Shown: in pieces, positions 28,294-41,219 of the stretch
Layout of the letters: each line of letters begins with the position of its first letter
Position numbering within the stretch: the stretch's first letter is position 1
Source of the DNA: Octopus sinensis
Taxonomy: Eukaryota
Direction: 5' to 3'
DNA length: 64,000 nt
Assembly: GCF_006345805.1 (NCBI RefSeq)
Contig: NC_043013.1
Coordinates: forward strand, 20,832,001-20,896,000
Translations under genes and position numbers: made by a program
Notes under the pieces: model-generated
The model's input: the letters and a program-made list of their open reading frames with translations, nothing else
What the model was told of the DNA's origin: nothing
Databases searched by the model: none

Positions 28294-28597
28294 CGTGACC
28301 GTCCAGGCTATCAGACGTTGCTACACATCGCTGGTTACAATGCACTTCGCATTATTTTAGCCTTCAAATGACACCCCCCCCCCCCGCTGGCTAAGCGACC
28401 TGGCCAACAGAAGAAAGAGTGAGAGAAAGTTGTGGCGAAAGAGTACATCAGGGATCGCCACCATCCCCTGCCGGGGCCTCGTGGAGGTTTAGGTGTTTTC
28501 GCTCAATAAACACTCACAAAGCCCGGTCTGGGGAATAGAAACCGCGATCCTACAACTGCGAGTCCACTGCCCTAACTACTGGGCCATTGCGCCTCCA
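28291..28597 (-). mobile_element. SINE family D, tail type Y
   Basis: Same head and body as 58051; tail shared with 49900-50170. Confidence 0.8.
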
Positions 28598-28605
28598 CAC
28601 ACACA

Positions 28606-28665
<60 letters not shown>

Positions 28666-29042
28666 GTTAAGAACAAATTTACTTGTATAATGATCTGGAT
28701 GCATGCGTTCCGTCATATAATTAATCAATAAATAAAATATACATACATATAAGTACGTACCTACATCTATATGTATATATGAATGCATATATGCGTACAC
28801 GAATATATATTCATAAACATATGTATATACATATATTTCTCATTATCTGTTCCTTGTGCGCCATATACATTATATGATTCAAGTCTGGCTGCGTCTAGTC
28901 TACCTATTTTACTACGTCCATAACAGCTGATTTTGATTGTTCTCATTGCCACTTTTGATGGTGTGGGCCTTGCCCTGGGCGAAGAAGCTGAGATTTAAGA
29001 TCATTTGAGAACCATCCTCTGATTATTTGTACCAAAATTATT

Positions 29043-29109
<67 letters not shown>

Positions 29110-29181
29110 ATATTTATATATATATATATATATATTATATATATGCAAATAATTATATATATATATATACAATATATATAT

Positions 29182-29266
29182 AGTGAGAATTTACAAAAAG
29201 AAAAAAAAGACAAAGACAGGTGTGTAAACAACAAACAGATGTATTAGTTTAACGCTCGGGAAGGTG

Positions 29267-29267
<1 letters not shown>
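29182..29267 (-). mobile_element. Truncated copy of the 27097 family embedded in (TA)n
   Basis: ~42-nt exact match GTGTAAACAACAAACAGATGTATTAGTTTAACGCTCGGGAAG; TA repeats on both sides. Confidence 0.7.
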
Positions 29268-29307
<40 letters not shown>

Positions 29308-29846
29308 CGTGTGCGCGTGTGTGTGTGTGTGTATAAATACACACACACACACTCACACATACATAGTACATACTTACATACATATATATTGTTATTTACA
29401 TCGTTGAAGTTTTCTTGCTTTTTTATAGGTTTTGCCGTGGTTTAGTTTTCGTAATTGTGCAGTTTGTATATATTACCAGTTGTTTATCTCCCAAAGTTTC
29501 AAAGTTTTTTAAGGTGATCGTTTGTGTGTTCGGCCTGAGGGAACTGTAGTGTTCTTGTACTAAAAGGATGTTTACATTTTCGAATATTCAGGAAAAGACA
29601 GGTATTCACGGAAAGTTGTAGATATTACAGTTTCAAAGTTTTTGAACATGATGGTTTGTGTGTTCGGCCAGAGAAAGTAGTGCATATACATGGTTTTCAA
29701 CTTGTTTTGAAGAAACTTTAAAATACTCACAGCTAAATTTTAACAGCAAAACTTTTTCAGAGAATTCTAGTTATTAAAGTATTTTGAGAGTTAATTTTTT
29801 TCAGTTGTTCTGCGGGGTTGTATTAGTGTTTCTGTGTCTTCGGATG

Positions 29847-29910
<64 letters not shown>

Positions 29911-29924
29911 TATTATTATTATTA

Positions 29925-30112
29925 AGGCAGCGAACTGGCAGAATCGTTAGTACAGCAGGTAAAATGCTGAGCGGCATTTCATCTCTCTTTATTTCTAAGT
30001 TCAAATTCGGACATGGTCGGTTTTGCCTCTCATCGACAAAATAAGTATCAGTTGAACAAGAGGGTCGATAGATCGACTAGACCCCTTCCCAAAATGTCAG
30101 GCTTTATGCCTA

Positions 30113-30146
<34 letters not shown>
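29925..30146 (+). mobile_element. SINE family B with (GTA)n tail, starting at the end of an (ATT)n tract
   Basis: AAGGCAGCGAACTGGCAGAATCGTTAG head; ...ATGCCTAGAGTAGTAGTAG tail. Confidence 0.7.
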
Positions 30147-30147
<1 letters not shown>

Positions 30148-31090
30148 CATTTATATATTTTATGACAAGCCGTACGTATACTACTTATTATACAGGTGTC
30201 GCTATAGTCAATCGATTCGCTACCGATACTTACGATATCAGCCATAAAGATATCAAAATTGAATCATTTACTACATTTATGTCGAATAAAACCTCAGGAA
30301 AGTTAAATTCACAGAAACGCGTATCTTTCATGCCAAGTTAAACTTATGGCCTTCCTCTCACAATTTCCGATCCATTGCCTAAGCAAGAACTCATTATATT
30401 GCCCTCTTCTTATTTCTAAAGCTTCTAACCTTCAGCAAGTATTAATCATTTTCTAGAGAAAAATATAAAAAGAAGGTTCAACATTACGTGCACAATATGC
30501 AACATTACATTAATACTCAAGTACAAGACACTTCAAAAATGAACTGACAAACACATTTCATTTAATCCCCTTATAGTTTCCTATTGCAAAGCCCGTATAC
30601 ATTTCTTTTCTAAAGCACCCCAATCAAACCCTGAAGTAGCGCCATGAGATTTCCTAAAAGAAAATGCAAGCCATTTCTGTCGACATCTATTTAATAGCGC
30701 CAACTAATCAATAGATCATGACTTTGGAAACCACTTAACGAGCCACTTCAGTTTCTCTAGGAGACTCTAAATCGCTAAACAGGAATAATAAATCTTTTCA
30801 TTATTAAATACAGTGATACTAAAAGATACTCGGCTGACTAACGTCATTTTGAAAGTATAATGAACCTCATTTTTACCTAACTTCACTACTTCATTTAAGG
30901 GCTTTACTCCACCTAGATACTAAGTTCTTCCGATAATGTTCAATGAGAAATATATTTAATTCGATCAAAATGACGTAATGTATATGAGTCTCATTAATTT
31001 CTTTTGAGCACAATGAAGTTGTGCTTAAATGTCTCTCGAAAAGATGCCTCACACTCAATATTATTCGATAAAGCTATAAGCAGTGGCTGC

Positions 31091-31320
31091 CACTGCATAG
31101 TGCCAAGGACTCCAAACTTGCCATCAAGATGTAGGAAAAGATACTGAAATAGCCTGGGCTTCGGAAATCCATAGCTCTTCAATATCTTCCCGAAGGACCT
31201 GAGAGATCTGCATGGGGTGGATGTAGGTGTCTTCAAAATAATGCTGGACCTCTTACTGTCAAATGACCCAGATGAACCAACTTCGCGGCGGGAGGTGCAG
31301 ATACAAAAACATGCACACTC
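31091..31320 (+). mobile_element. CR1-group LINE ORF2 C-terminal fragment
   Basis: Single frame with two stops: HCIVP...NSLGFGNP*LFNIFPKDLRDLHGVDVGVFKIMLDLLLSNDPDEP. Confidence 0.7.
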
Positions 31321-31322
31321 TC

Positions 31323-31553
31323 TAGGTTCGCCAAAAGTCACCTAACAGTGAATCAAAGCCACTTAAATCCAATATTTATGTTTAAAGACTGAATGAATTT
31401 AATAAAAGCATCTAAATATGAAACAACATGAAAATTGTTCAAATTGAAGTCCTTCTTGAGTGACACATTTCTCCCTTCGAGTCAAAAGAGAATTTCAGAT
31501 AATATTTATGGAATTTTGATTTTAGTGTCCGGTGACTTTTGCCCAGTCCTGTA
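31323..31553. mobile_element. Possible degenerate Tc1-like MITE
   Basis: Inverted CAAAAGTCACC (11 nt exact); right end reads TA-CAGGACTGGGCAAAAG on the minus strand; left end is decayed. Confidence 0.28.
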
Positions 31554-31651
31554 TATAGTAGGCAAACACGGAAGGGACTGCGTGGAACTGGGTGTTTGTT
31601 TAGATGTATGTTGAAGAAGGTATGTAAATATATATATATATAATATATAAT

Positions 31652-31827
31652 TCCGATAGGTTTCAGCCACAAAATAAATGTTTCTAATGAAAGTCAGCAC
31701 GACTGTTAGCTCAAAATAATCTGTATTTTTGTTTATTTTTGTTATTTTTATTTGCCCTGTTCGTTTGAGCTAACAGTCGTCCTGACTTTCATTGGAAACA
31801 TTTATTTTGTGGCTGAAACCTATCGGA
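31652..31827. repeat. Near-perfect hairpin / MITE-like element: 64-bp arms, 48-nt T-rich loop
   Basis: 31652-31715 versus reverse complement of 31764-31827: 62 of 64 identical. Confidence 0.92.
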
Positions 31828-34249
31828 CCTATTTCTAGTGCCAGCATGAGTCACATAGTGACCACTCTCTTATATTTATGTATAAAATTTTATAATAATC
31901 CAGGTTTTTTTGGGCACTGGGCCACTTGGTGTTAAATGGATGTACTATTAAATTAGTATCCAATTTTCTCACCCTTATTAATATATATATACATATATTT
32001 ATAAATATATATTTGTAGATATGTATAGAAACAAAATTCCCTCCCGTGGTAAAGAGTCACGAGTCCCGGTTTCGGATCGTGGACGGTCTGGCGAAAAATT
32101 ACTCATTTTTGCCAGCTGAGTGGGCATAAGCAGCATGCAATGAAGGGACTGGCTCCAGAACAACACATCGCTCGGTACATCCTAAATCACTAAAGCACAG
32201 AACTATGCACACGTACACACACACACACGTTACATAAATTCGGAGAAAGCCACTGGAAAGGCGGTGTTTCCAGCAGTTTATTGAAATAAGAAAAGTAATT
32301 GTCATTCCGCAGGAAGTGTGTTTCCTTCATTGTATCCATAATATATATGAGTGTTTTTGTATCAGTAAATAGAGGAGAGGAAATTGCTTTATATATTCAA
32401 CAGAACTTACAAAGTCGAAATAGAATTAGCGAAGAGAAAAGAAGCAACGTTACTAATTTGGAAAACCGTCTCACAATTGTTCGCTCGTCCACGACATGCG
32501 TATCTCGTTGTGGATGAATGACGTTTCTAAATACATTTAAAAATATTTGAGTCTCTTATATATATATTATGTATATATATATAAATACCTGTGTATATAT
32601 ATGTGTGTGTGTGTGTGTGTGTGGTGTGTGTGTGCGTGTGTGTGTGTGCGCGTGTGTGTGTGTGTGCGTGTGTGTGTGTGTGCGCGTGTGTGTGTGCGTG
32701 CGTGTGTAATATATGCATATATATATGCCTGTTTATCACGCACAAACTCACATCCACATATATAAATATGTATATATATATATATGTGTGTGTATATATG
32801 TATATATACAAACTCACACACACATATATAAATATGTATATATATATGTGGTGTATATATGCGTGTGTATGTATATATATATGTGTGTGTGTATGTATAT
32901 GTATATGCATATGCCTGTTTATCATATATATATGTGTGTGTGTGTATATAAATGTATGTGTGTGTATGTGTGTGTATGTGTGTGCTTGTTTATCATATAT
33001 ATATATGTGTGTATATAAATGTATGTGTGTGTATGTGCGTGTGTGTGTGTGTGCCTGTTTATCATATATATGTATAAACTCCATGTAAACATTCATACAT
33101 TATGTATATGTACGCAAGTTTATCGCACGCGCGCGAACACACACACACTAAACATATTCACACATATAAATATATATATATATAATGTATGTGCAAAGTG
33201 CTTTTAGATGCAAATTTAATGTGGTCGACCTATTTTTGTAATGTGGGTTGACACGATTTTGCTATTGTGGGTGGGAGGCAAGGCTGAAGTGTCTGGAAGT
33301 TCTTATATCAGATGTAGGCTGGAGTGGGACGTGGATGAATATCAAAAAGAAATAATATTGGTTTCGGCGATTTTGTATTTGTCTCTCCTTCCCTAAGATC
33401 ATAAAAATGGCTATTGGTATGACTTCTAACTACCACCGTTTTCAGATCTTCTATGAATCTACGAAATCAGTAATATTTTCTGAATAAGTTTCAGCACGTC
33501 TCCTTTTATTATTTACGTAGAATATACACCGGAGGATTTTGTGTATCGTCGTTCGGTTGAATTTTTAGAAATAGCAGTCAAATTTCATTCATAACAAAAC
33601 AGGAAGAGAAGGAAGAATACGTGGATACTATATAGATATTTATTGATTTAGATCCTTTGATCTCTGGCCGGTCTATTTTGGATGACCTGGAGCCAAACAA
33701 TAAAAACTTTTACGTCTGTTTGTGTGTGTGTGTGTGGTGTGTGTGTGTGGTGTGTGTGTGTGCGTGTGTGGTGTGTGTGTATGTCTGTCTGGTAAGTCAT
33801 CTGTGTAGATACCGTGCCAATGTCTCCCATATTGCCATCTACATTTGTGTTTTTATCCATGAAAGCCGAAAGTCTCACACACTTTGGTTGCTTATTTTCT
33901 CCCATAAATATATATTGCCACGCGCATGCACATACACACACACTCTCTCTCTCTTTCTCTCTCTCTCTCCCCTTCTCTCTCTCTCTCACACACACATTCT
34001 TTTTTTTTGGCCATGCTGGAGCACAGTCTTAAACGGTTTTAGTAGAAGAAAATGACCACATGACTCATTCTTTGTAAGCCTAGTACTTATTCTACGTGTC
34101 TATTTTGCCGAACCGCTAAGTCTCGGGGAAACAAATACACACACACACAAATACATACATGCATACATATATATATGAATGTATATATAATATATATATA
34201 TATAAGATATATCTATATATATAATATATAATATATATATATATATATA

Positions 34250-34452
34250 GTTAATCCAAACAAGAAAACACAAAAAAACACAACAACGCGAGGGTGTGGA
34301 ACAAGTATAGTATTATTGGACGCTCAGGAAAGAAGAGAAGAAGGATGGTCTAACGTTTCGAGCGGAGCTCTTCGTCAGAAACATAGGAGAAGGAAAGATC
34401 CAGAGAAGGGAAGACAGAGGAAAAAATCGCCAACGGTACACACGAGGTCACA
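34250..34452 (-). mobile_element. ~200-bp hammerhead-bearing solo element (PLE pLTR-like), 3' end running into (TA)n
   Basis: Begins directly after the TA tract; A-rich plus strand; shares TATT..ACGCTC.GGAA and ACGTTTCGA blocks with 27097-27300. Confidence 0.6.
34348..34382 (-). ncRNA. Minimal type I hammerhead-like motif (PLE type)
   Basis: GTTT-CTGACGA-A-GAGC/TCC/GCTC-GAAA-CGTT-AGAC; palindromic ACGT in the stem III position. Confidence 0.62.
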
Positions 34453-34455
34453 TTT

Positions 34456-34978
34456 TGTATATTAAGCCTGCATCCCAAGGACATGATTTCGGGTTCAGTC
34501 CCACTGCATGGCACCTTGGGCAAATGTCTTTTACTATAGTCGAGGGCTGACCAAAGCCTTGTGAGTGGATTAAGTAGACGGAAACTGAAAGAACCCAGTC
34601 ATACATACATATATACATACATACATACATACATATATACATAAACATACATATATATACATATATCCATATATATATATATATATATATACATATATCC
34701 ATACATACATATATATATATAAACATACATATATATACATATATCCATATATATATATACATACATATACATATATTTACATTATATATATATATATATA
34801 ATAATATATATTATATATATATATATATATTATATGAATGGGTTCCTTTCAGTTTCCGTCTACTTATCCACTCACAAGGCTTTGGTCAGCCTTCGGCTAG
34901 TAAAAGACACTCGCCCAAGGTGCCATGCAGTGGGACTGAACCCGAAATCATGTCCTTGGGATGCAGGCTTAATATACA
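34456..34978. repeat. Inverted pair of SINE 5' halves around a TA/TACA spacer
   Basis: 34456-34603 (+) and 34833-34978 (-); outer ~65 bp identical, including a non-consensus head. Confidence 0.9.
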
Positions 34979-35187
34979 TAATATATATATATATTATCTT
35001 TTTTACTTTTCCATTCCTTGGATAGCAGCCATGCTTGAGCACTGCTTTGAAAGTTTTAGTCGAAGAAGCTGACCCTTGTATATTTTTTGAAACCTAATCA
35101 CTAAGTAACAGCCTATCAACAAAGCAACCCCGCTGATAACACATACACACACATGAATACACACACAAACACACACACACACATATG

Positions 35188-35436
35188 AGACCCCCTTCGG
35201 TCACGACACAGACCATGGGTTTGCACCTAGAAAGTTACTCTCCCAGGCACAGGTCTGGGCAAAGGCCGATACAACTTGGCATCTGTGACGTCGCAACTCA
35301 TTTCTACAGCTGACTGGACGGGAGCAACGTGAGATAAAGCGTCTTGCTCAAGAACACAACACGCAGCCCAGTCTGGGATTCGAGCTCACAACCTCACGAT
35401 CGTAATCTCGAGGCTCTAACCACTGAGTCATGCGCC
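35188..35436 (-). mobile_element. SINE family C with an internal deletion
   Basis: Lacks the ~90-bp block present in the other two copies. Confidence 0.8.
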
Positions 35437-35469
35437 TTTCACACACACACACACACACACATATATATT

Positions 35470-35698
35470 TCTTTACTACCCATAAGGGGCTAAACACAGA
35501 GGGGACAAACAAGGATAGACAAAGGGATTAAGTCGATTATATCGACCCCAGTGCGTAACTGGTACTTAATTTATCGACCGCGAAAGGATGAAAGGCAAAG
35601 TCGACTTCGGCGAAATTTGAACCCAGAACGTAACGGCAGACGAAATACGGCTACGCATTTCGTCCGGCGTGCTAACGTTTCTGCCAGCTCGCCGCCTT
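35470..35698 (-). mobile_element. SINE family B variant with a different tail
   Basis: Head and core as family B; tail ...GTCCCCTCTGTGTTTAGCCCCTTATGGGTAGTAAAGAAA. Confidence 0.75.
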
Positions 35699-36418
35699 AC
35701 ACACACACAACACACACACACAACACACACACACACATACATATATATACAAATTCATCGTTTACTTGTAATGTCACTTTTATGATTTTGAATGTGGATA
35801 GCCTTGTTGGTGTGCAACAAAAAAGAAAACTATTGGGATCTTTATATAAGCTGGGGCCCGCGATCACGACTACAACGTCTTCTGCACTAGACTGCTGGTC
35901 AGCGGCTGATCCATCATTAAACATTAACAATAATCCATCCCATTCAAGACGTCATTAACATTTTCACAGTTTAATAACGCTCCTTTTTTTTTTTTTTTTT
36001 CCTTTTTACATTTAAGGAAAAGCATTGTTCGTATTTGTGGGTCTATATTTTTCTAGTTCTTTACATATTTAATTGAACATCTTATAAACCAACAGAACTA
36101 CTTCGTTCGCGAGAATTTAGAGTGCAGTGTATTCCATTTCTCTGAAATGTTAATGAATTCTATGCATCATAGTGTACTAAATATCAGAAACAGGTTAGAA
36201 GTGTCAGAATAAATGGCGATATTAATATTGGCATAGACGTGATATCGTCTATGAGGTATTTCTCCCAGTGGCGGGCGATACTTAATTATTACTGAGCGGC
36301 TTCATGAAGTTAATATTATACTTAGACAGCAACTAATTTAATAATAAGTAAAACAATTAGCGTATCATCAGATCTTATTTCTTAGGTATGTCAATGCACA
36401 CACTCTCACTGTCATTCA

Positions 36419-36464
<46 letters not shown>

Positions 36465-36630
36465 ATATATATATATATATATACTATATTATATATATAT
36501 ATATATATACTATATATATATATATGTATAGATATATTAACATCAACGGTAATCAGAAATATTAGAAATTTCCATTACCAGTGGCCTAGGTTGAAAAATT
36601 TAGTCAATAGACTATAATAATATATAGCCT

Positions 36631-37075
36631 ATCTTGATCTTGAAACGGCATTCACCCGGGGTGGGTTGAGCTGGCTTCATTCATCCTCAATGCTGTATCT
36701 CTCACAAAAGCCCACCAGACCTGGCGATTTAAGGCTAACGACCGTGCGAACTCCAACCACTCCTTATTCCAGCGGCGAACGCCATAGATATGGGGTCCTA
36801 AGTTGGGTTCCAGATCAGACTTGACTGTCATCAGCCAGGTTTTTCGTTGTCCACCACATCGCTTTAGCCAACCCTGAAGGGGAGCTGGGGCAATTGCTTC
36901 GTAGATGAATTCTCCTGATTGACGACGGAGGACATGACCCAGTCAACGCAGACGTCTCGTTAGGATGACTTGTCGTAGGGAGGTGATTTTGCACTGGTCT
37001 CGCACCGAATTGTTGGAGACAAAGTGATGCCATAGGACACGAAGGATGCGTCGTAGACAGAGGTGATCGAAGGAT
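36631..37075 (-). mobile_element. RTE-clade LINE 3' fragment
   Basis: Frame reads FDHLCLRRILRVLWHHFVSN...RRLR*LGHVLRR...GQRKTWLMTVKSDL...ALNRQVW; one stop; (CAAGAT)2 tail; 5' end in (TA)n. Confidence 0.85.
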
Positions 37076-37490
37076 ATATAGTCTAATATATATATATAGT
37101 CTATATATATATATTATATATATATATATATATAGATATATATATATATATGTATACACACGTTAAATTGCGTGTATAAATTTAGGTGTACGTATATGTG
37201 ATTATCTGAAGAGGAGCATATACGTGAATACACGCATGAAAAGAATACTGCATACACACAAGAAGAGAATACAGAAACAATTTTATACTTGAATGCTTTG
37301 ATGATAAATAACGATATGTGTGTGTGTGTGTGTGCGTGTATGCTGCATAACTGCACGCGCAGATATGTATGCGGTGTATGTCTGTGTGGAGAGAAGTACT
37401 AAAAGAGAGAAGAAATTGAATCATACGTAAAGTACAAAATTTGAAATATAATATGTACACACACCACAAATATATATATATATATATATA

Positions 37491-37542
<52 letters not shown>

Positions 37543-37896
37543 TACATATATACATATATATATTAGATAGATGGAGAATAGATATATTTATATTTATATA
37601 ATTAGGCGTATCACTTAAGAGCACATTGCATAGCAAATTATGGTCCATGACCCATTTCATGCAACTTTTCTAATTATTTGCCTTTATAAGAGGAGGGCAC
37701 CTATTATAATCTGCTTCTGTAATAGGAGGCAGGAAATTACACTGTTCACTTAATATAATCCTTTGTTCCTATAATTACCCGAAATCAATTTTGTTTCCAT
37801 CACAAAGGTGGATTTGTAACTAATGTTAATATGTTCGCGTTAAGTTATGACGAAGAATACAATATATGGTACATGAAATGCAATAGATGTTATGAA

Positions 37897-37946
<50 letters not shown>

Positions 37947-38120
37947 TCATAAATGCAACGCGCACACAAAAGTTGCTACTACAAATGTATATAGACATAT
38001 GTATATCTTACATGTATATCTTTACATTTTTTTTATAATTCTTCCCAAAAGTAGGAATTATTATAATAAAGAAAGCTTCGCCGCTGCAATGTGAATGGCA
38101 AGAACGATAATTGTGACATC

Positions 38121-38270
38121 TTTGTCTTTTAATTGTTTCATTCATTAGACTGCGACCATGCTGGAGCACCGCCTTATAGAACTTTTAGTCGACTGAGTCG
38201 ATCCCAGTACTTACTATTTTTTTTAAGCCCAGGTACTTAAACTCTTCCTCTCTTTTGCCGAAACACTAAT
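38121..38270 (-). mobile_element. SINE family A, 3' half
   Basis: GACTGCGACCATGCTGGAGCACCGCC...TTTTGCCGAA. Confidence 0.7.
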
Positions 38271-39007
38271 GTCTGCATATTTTTTCTGTTTCACTTATAG
38301 ATTTTATTTGCAAAGTATGTTAGCTGGGGGCCTTTCTTTGTTTATAAAACATCGTCACTTAGACATTTATTGACGTAACCATGAGCACAAATACTTATCG
38401 CTTTATACGTGAATCAAGGAGCTGCAGGTTTCGAATCAGTTCTACATAAATATTTTTATCGTCCACTTTGGAAGAGAGGTTCACATCAGCAAGACCTCTC
38501 GCCACTGTGGCTGTGCATGTTTAAACTTAATAGATGTTTTCATGTGAATGTTGTTCGACCTTTATTCCTTGTGCTAACAGGTATGTATTCCATAGCAGAG
38601 ATGTTGTTTATACTTATCCCTGGGCAACGTTTCCGAGAGATGACATTGCATATTGTTCTACCAAAAGTGTCAAATGGCATCGGAAATGGAACCCCGATGG
38701 CATTTCGGAACACCTACTGATTACGTGTGCTATGTCTACCACAAGGCATATTTCAGTAACAGATTAGGAGATAAAGGACTGCACTATCTACATTGTTTAT
38801 TATTGGGTAGCTATGTCCTTCTCTTAGATTATAAAGGTATAACCTTCAAAATGTGGCATAATATAAGAGCTACGATTTCGAAACAAACTACACTTCACAT
38901 TAGAATTATCATCCTTCTCTTGTTTACGAGAAACATGATCTCAGCCTTATGCACTCAGTCTAGTAACAATACTTCAGAAATCCTTTGGAGAAATTCTATT
39001 TTGGTTA

Positions 39008-39837
39008 CATGTATTCGCAATCGAAGCTTTTGGATCATTACCCAATATGCAAAGGGGTTACATGATATATTCTGCTTTTTCGAGGGCAGAAAAGTGGGGG
39101 TCCATTTGACGAGCTTTTGAGCCTATTAAACCTTCGTCAAAGAAATTATACCTTTCTCACAATCACAGGTAGATTAGTAGCAAGTTAGAGATATTTATCG
39201 TGTATATAAATATATTCAAACTAGAGCCCAATCAAGCTGCTATGTCTAATTTGCATAACAATATGTGGTGCACTGTGAAGGTGGTTCAGTTTCTTTAGAG
39301 GTCACAATATACTGTTTTGAGTGGATAATTTTAAGGGTAAGATATTTCCATTTGAATAAATATACAACGCTTGCCCCAGTCAGAACGAGGCTAAAGTTGT
39401 ATGTTTATTTAGAAAATACAAAATACATGTTTGAATTTTGGGATATATGAACTTCGCTGTAAGTACAGTACTTTGTTCAAACAAGGGTAATATGATTAAT
39501 TTATTGGGAAGAACATAGCGAAACACTTTGATATTTATTATATTTTCATTTGGAGATATTACGAAATTGTATGTAATTAAATATTAATAGTTATAAAGAA
39601 ATTAATTTAATTCCAAAGCGCAAGGTAAGTGACGTCATACATTCATTTTTTAATTTTGCTCACATATCACTATATCACTTCAAAACCTCTCTCTCACTCA
39701 CTCGCGCTCTATTTCTGTCTCCCTTATCAATCTATCTATCTATATGTCGCTCTCTCTTTCAACAATTTCCTTCCTTTTTAGGGAAATTCTACACTCACAC
39801 GCACGTACATATATAATATATATATATATATATATAG

Positions 39838-39877
<40 letters not shown>

Positions 39878-41128
39878 TATAAAATATATCTATATATAGT
39901 GTTATACTGCTTATATATCAGCAAGATTTAATAATGCTGTTGGTTATGAAAGTATTAATAGTAAGATTGAAAGGCGGACTTTTAGAAGACAAACCAACAA
40001 TTCTATTAACTGTAATCACTAATTAATTTTTTCAGAGATAATTGATAATTGTTTTACTGATAAAAATATATAAAAATAAAATTTTATTTCATTTCCTTTC
40101 TATTTAAATATTCGCACAAATTCACATATTGAGTTTATTAATGGACATATGGACATACGAGTGCATGTATGTATGTGCATGTACGACTACAGGACGTCAC
40201 CAATGATGTAAACAACATGAAGAACCAAAATAGTGAACACTGAGAGAAATATTTTCTTTGAAAGATAATACATAGAAGTGAGAGACAGAAGACGTCCAAT
40301 TCTTACAACGTCGTGCAAGAAAAGGAAGATGGTCGATGGTCACGTGTGAGCAACGAGTGAAAGAAAAAAGAGGAAGAAGGGAGAGAGAGAGGGAAAACGG
40401 TGAAATCTCTCTCTTCTATGTTTTCTCTTTTCAAAGACAATGTTTCTCCCAGCGCTCACTATTTTTCTTTCATTCTGGTCTACGACCCTCCATCTCTGTT
40501 TTCGTTCGGTTTCCTTGTATGTCTCCACTTCACTGCTTTTGTGCTCAATTTTGACTCTCCATAAATCCAAAATTTTATTTGGGTAATTTATGGGAACAAT
40601 TCTCTTCGAAGACTTATATTGTCGTAGAATACTTGAAATGAAGAGTAGATAGACAGCCGACAACTGATGAAGGGTTGGTCTTTGTGTTCTTTGTTCCGTT
40701 TACAATTTTTCTCTCGTTGTTTGTGTATTTAAGTCGTTTGTTTTGGTACTTCATATTGTTTACATAGTTGGTGACGGCCTGTAGACGTACATGCGTATAT
40801 ATATATATATTTATATGCATCATATACATACATACATGGACTCATATGTCCATATGTATACATACCTATAGATATATTCATACATTGATTAACTCAATAT
40901 GTGAATTTGTGCGAATTTTTAAATAGAAAGGAATGGAAATAAAATTTTATTTATATATATGTTTATCAATAAAACAATTATCAAGTATCTCTGAAAAACT
41001 TAATTAGTGATTACAGTTAATAGAATTGTTGGTTTGTCTGTCTAAAATTCCGCCTTTCAATCTTACTATTAATACTTTCATAACCAATAGCATTATTAAA
41101 TCTTGCTCAAATATATGCAGTATAACAT

Positions 41129-41219
<91 letters not shown>

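Noticed and set aside
38409-39120. Overlapping 77-155 aa ORFs in less repetitive sequence
   Set aside because: No recognisable motif on either strand and no convincing splice signals
39265-39450. 61-aa ORF present on both strands (also 41642-41827)
   Set aside because: A by-product of the inverted duplication; GTG start and no recognisable domain
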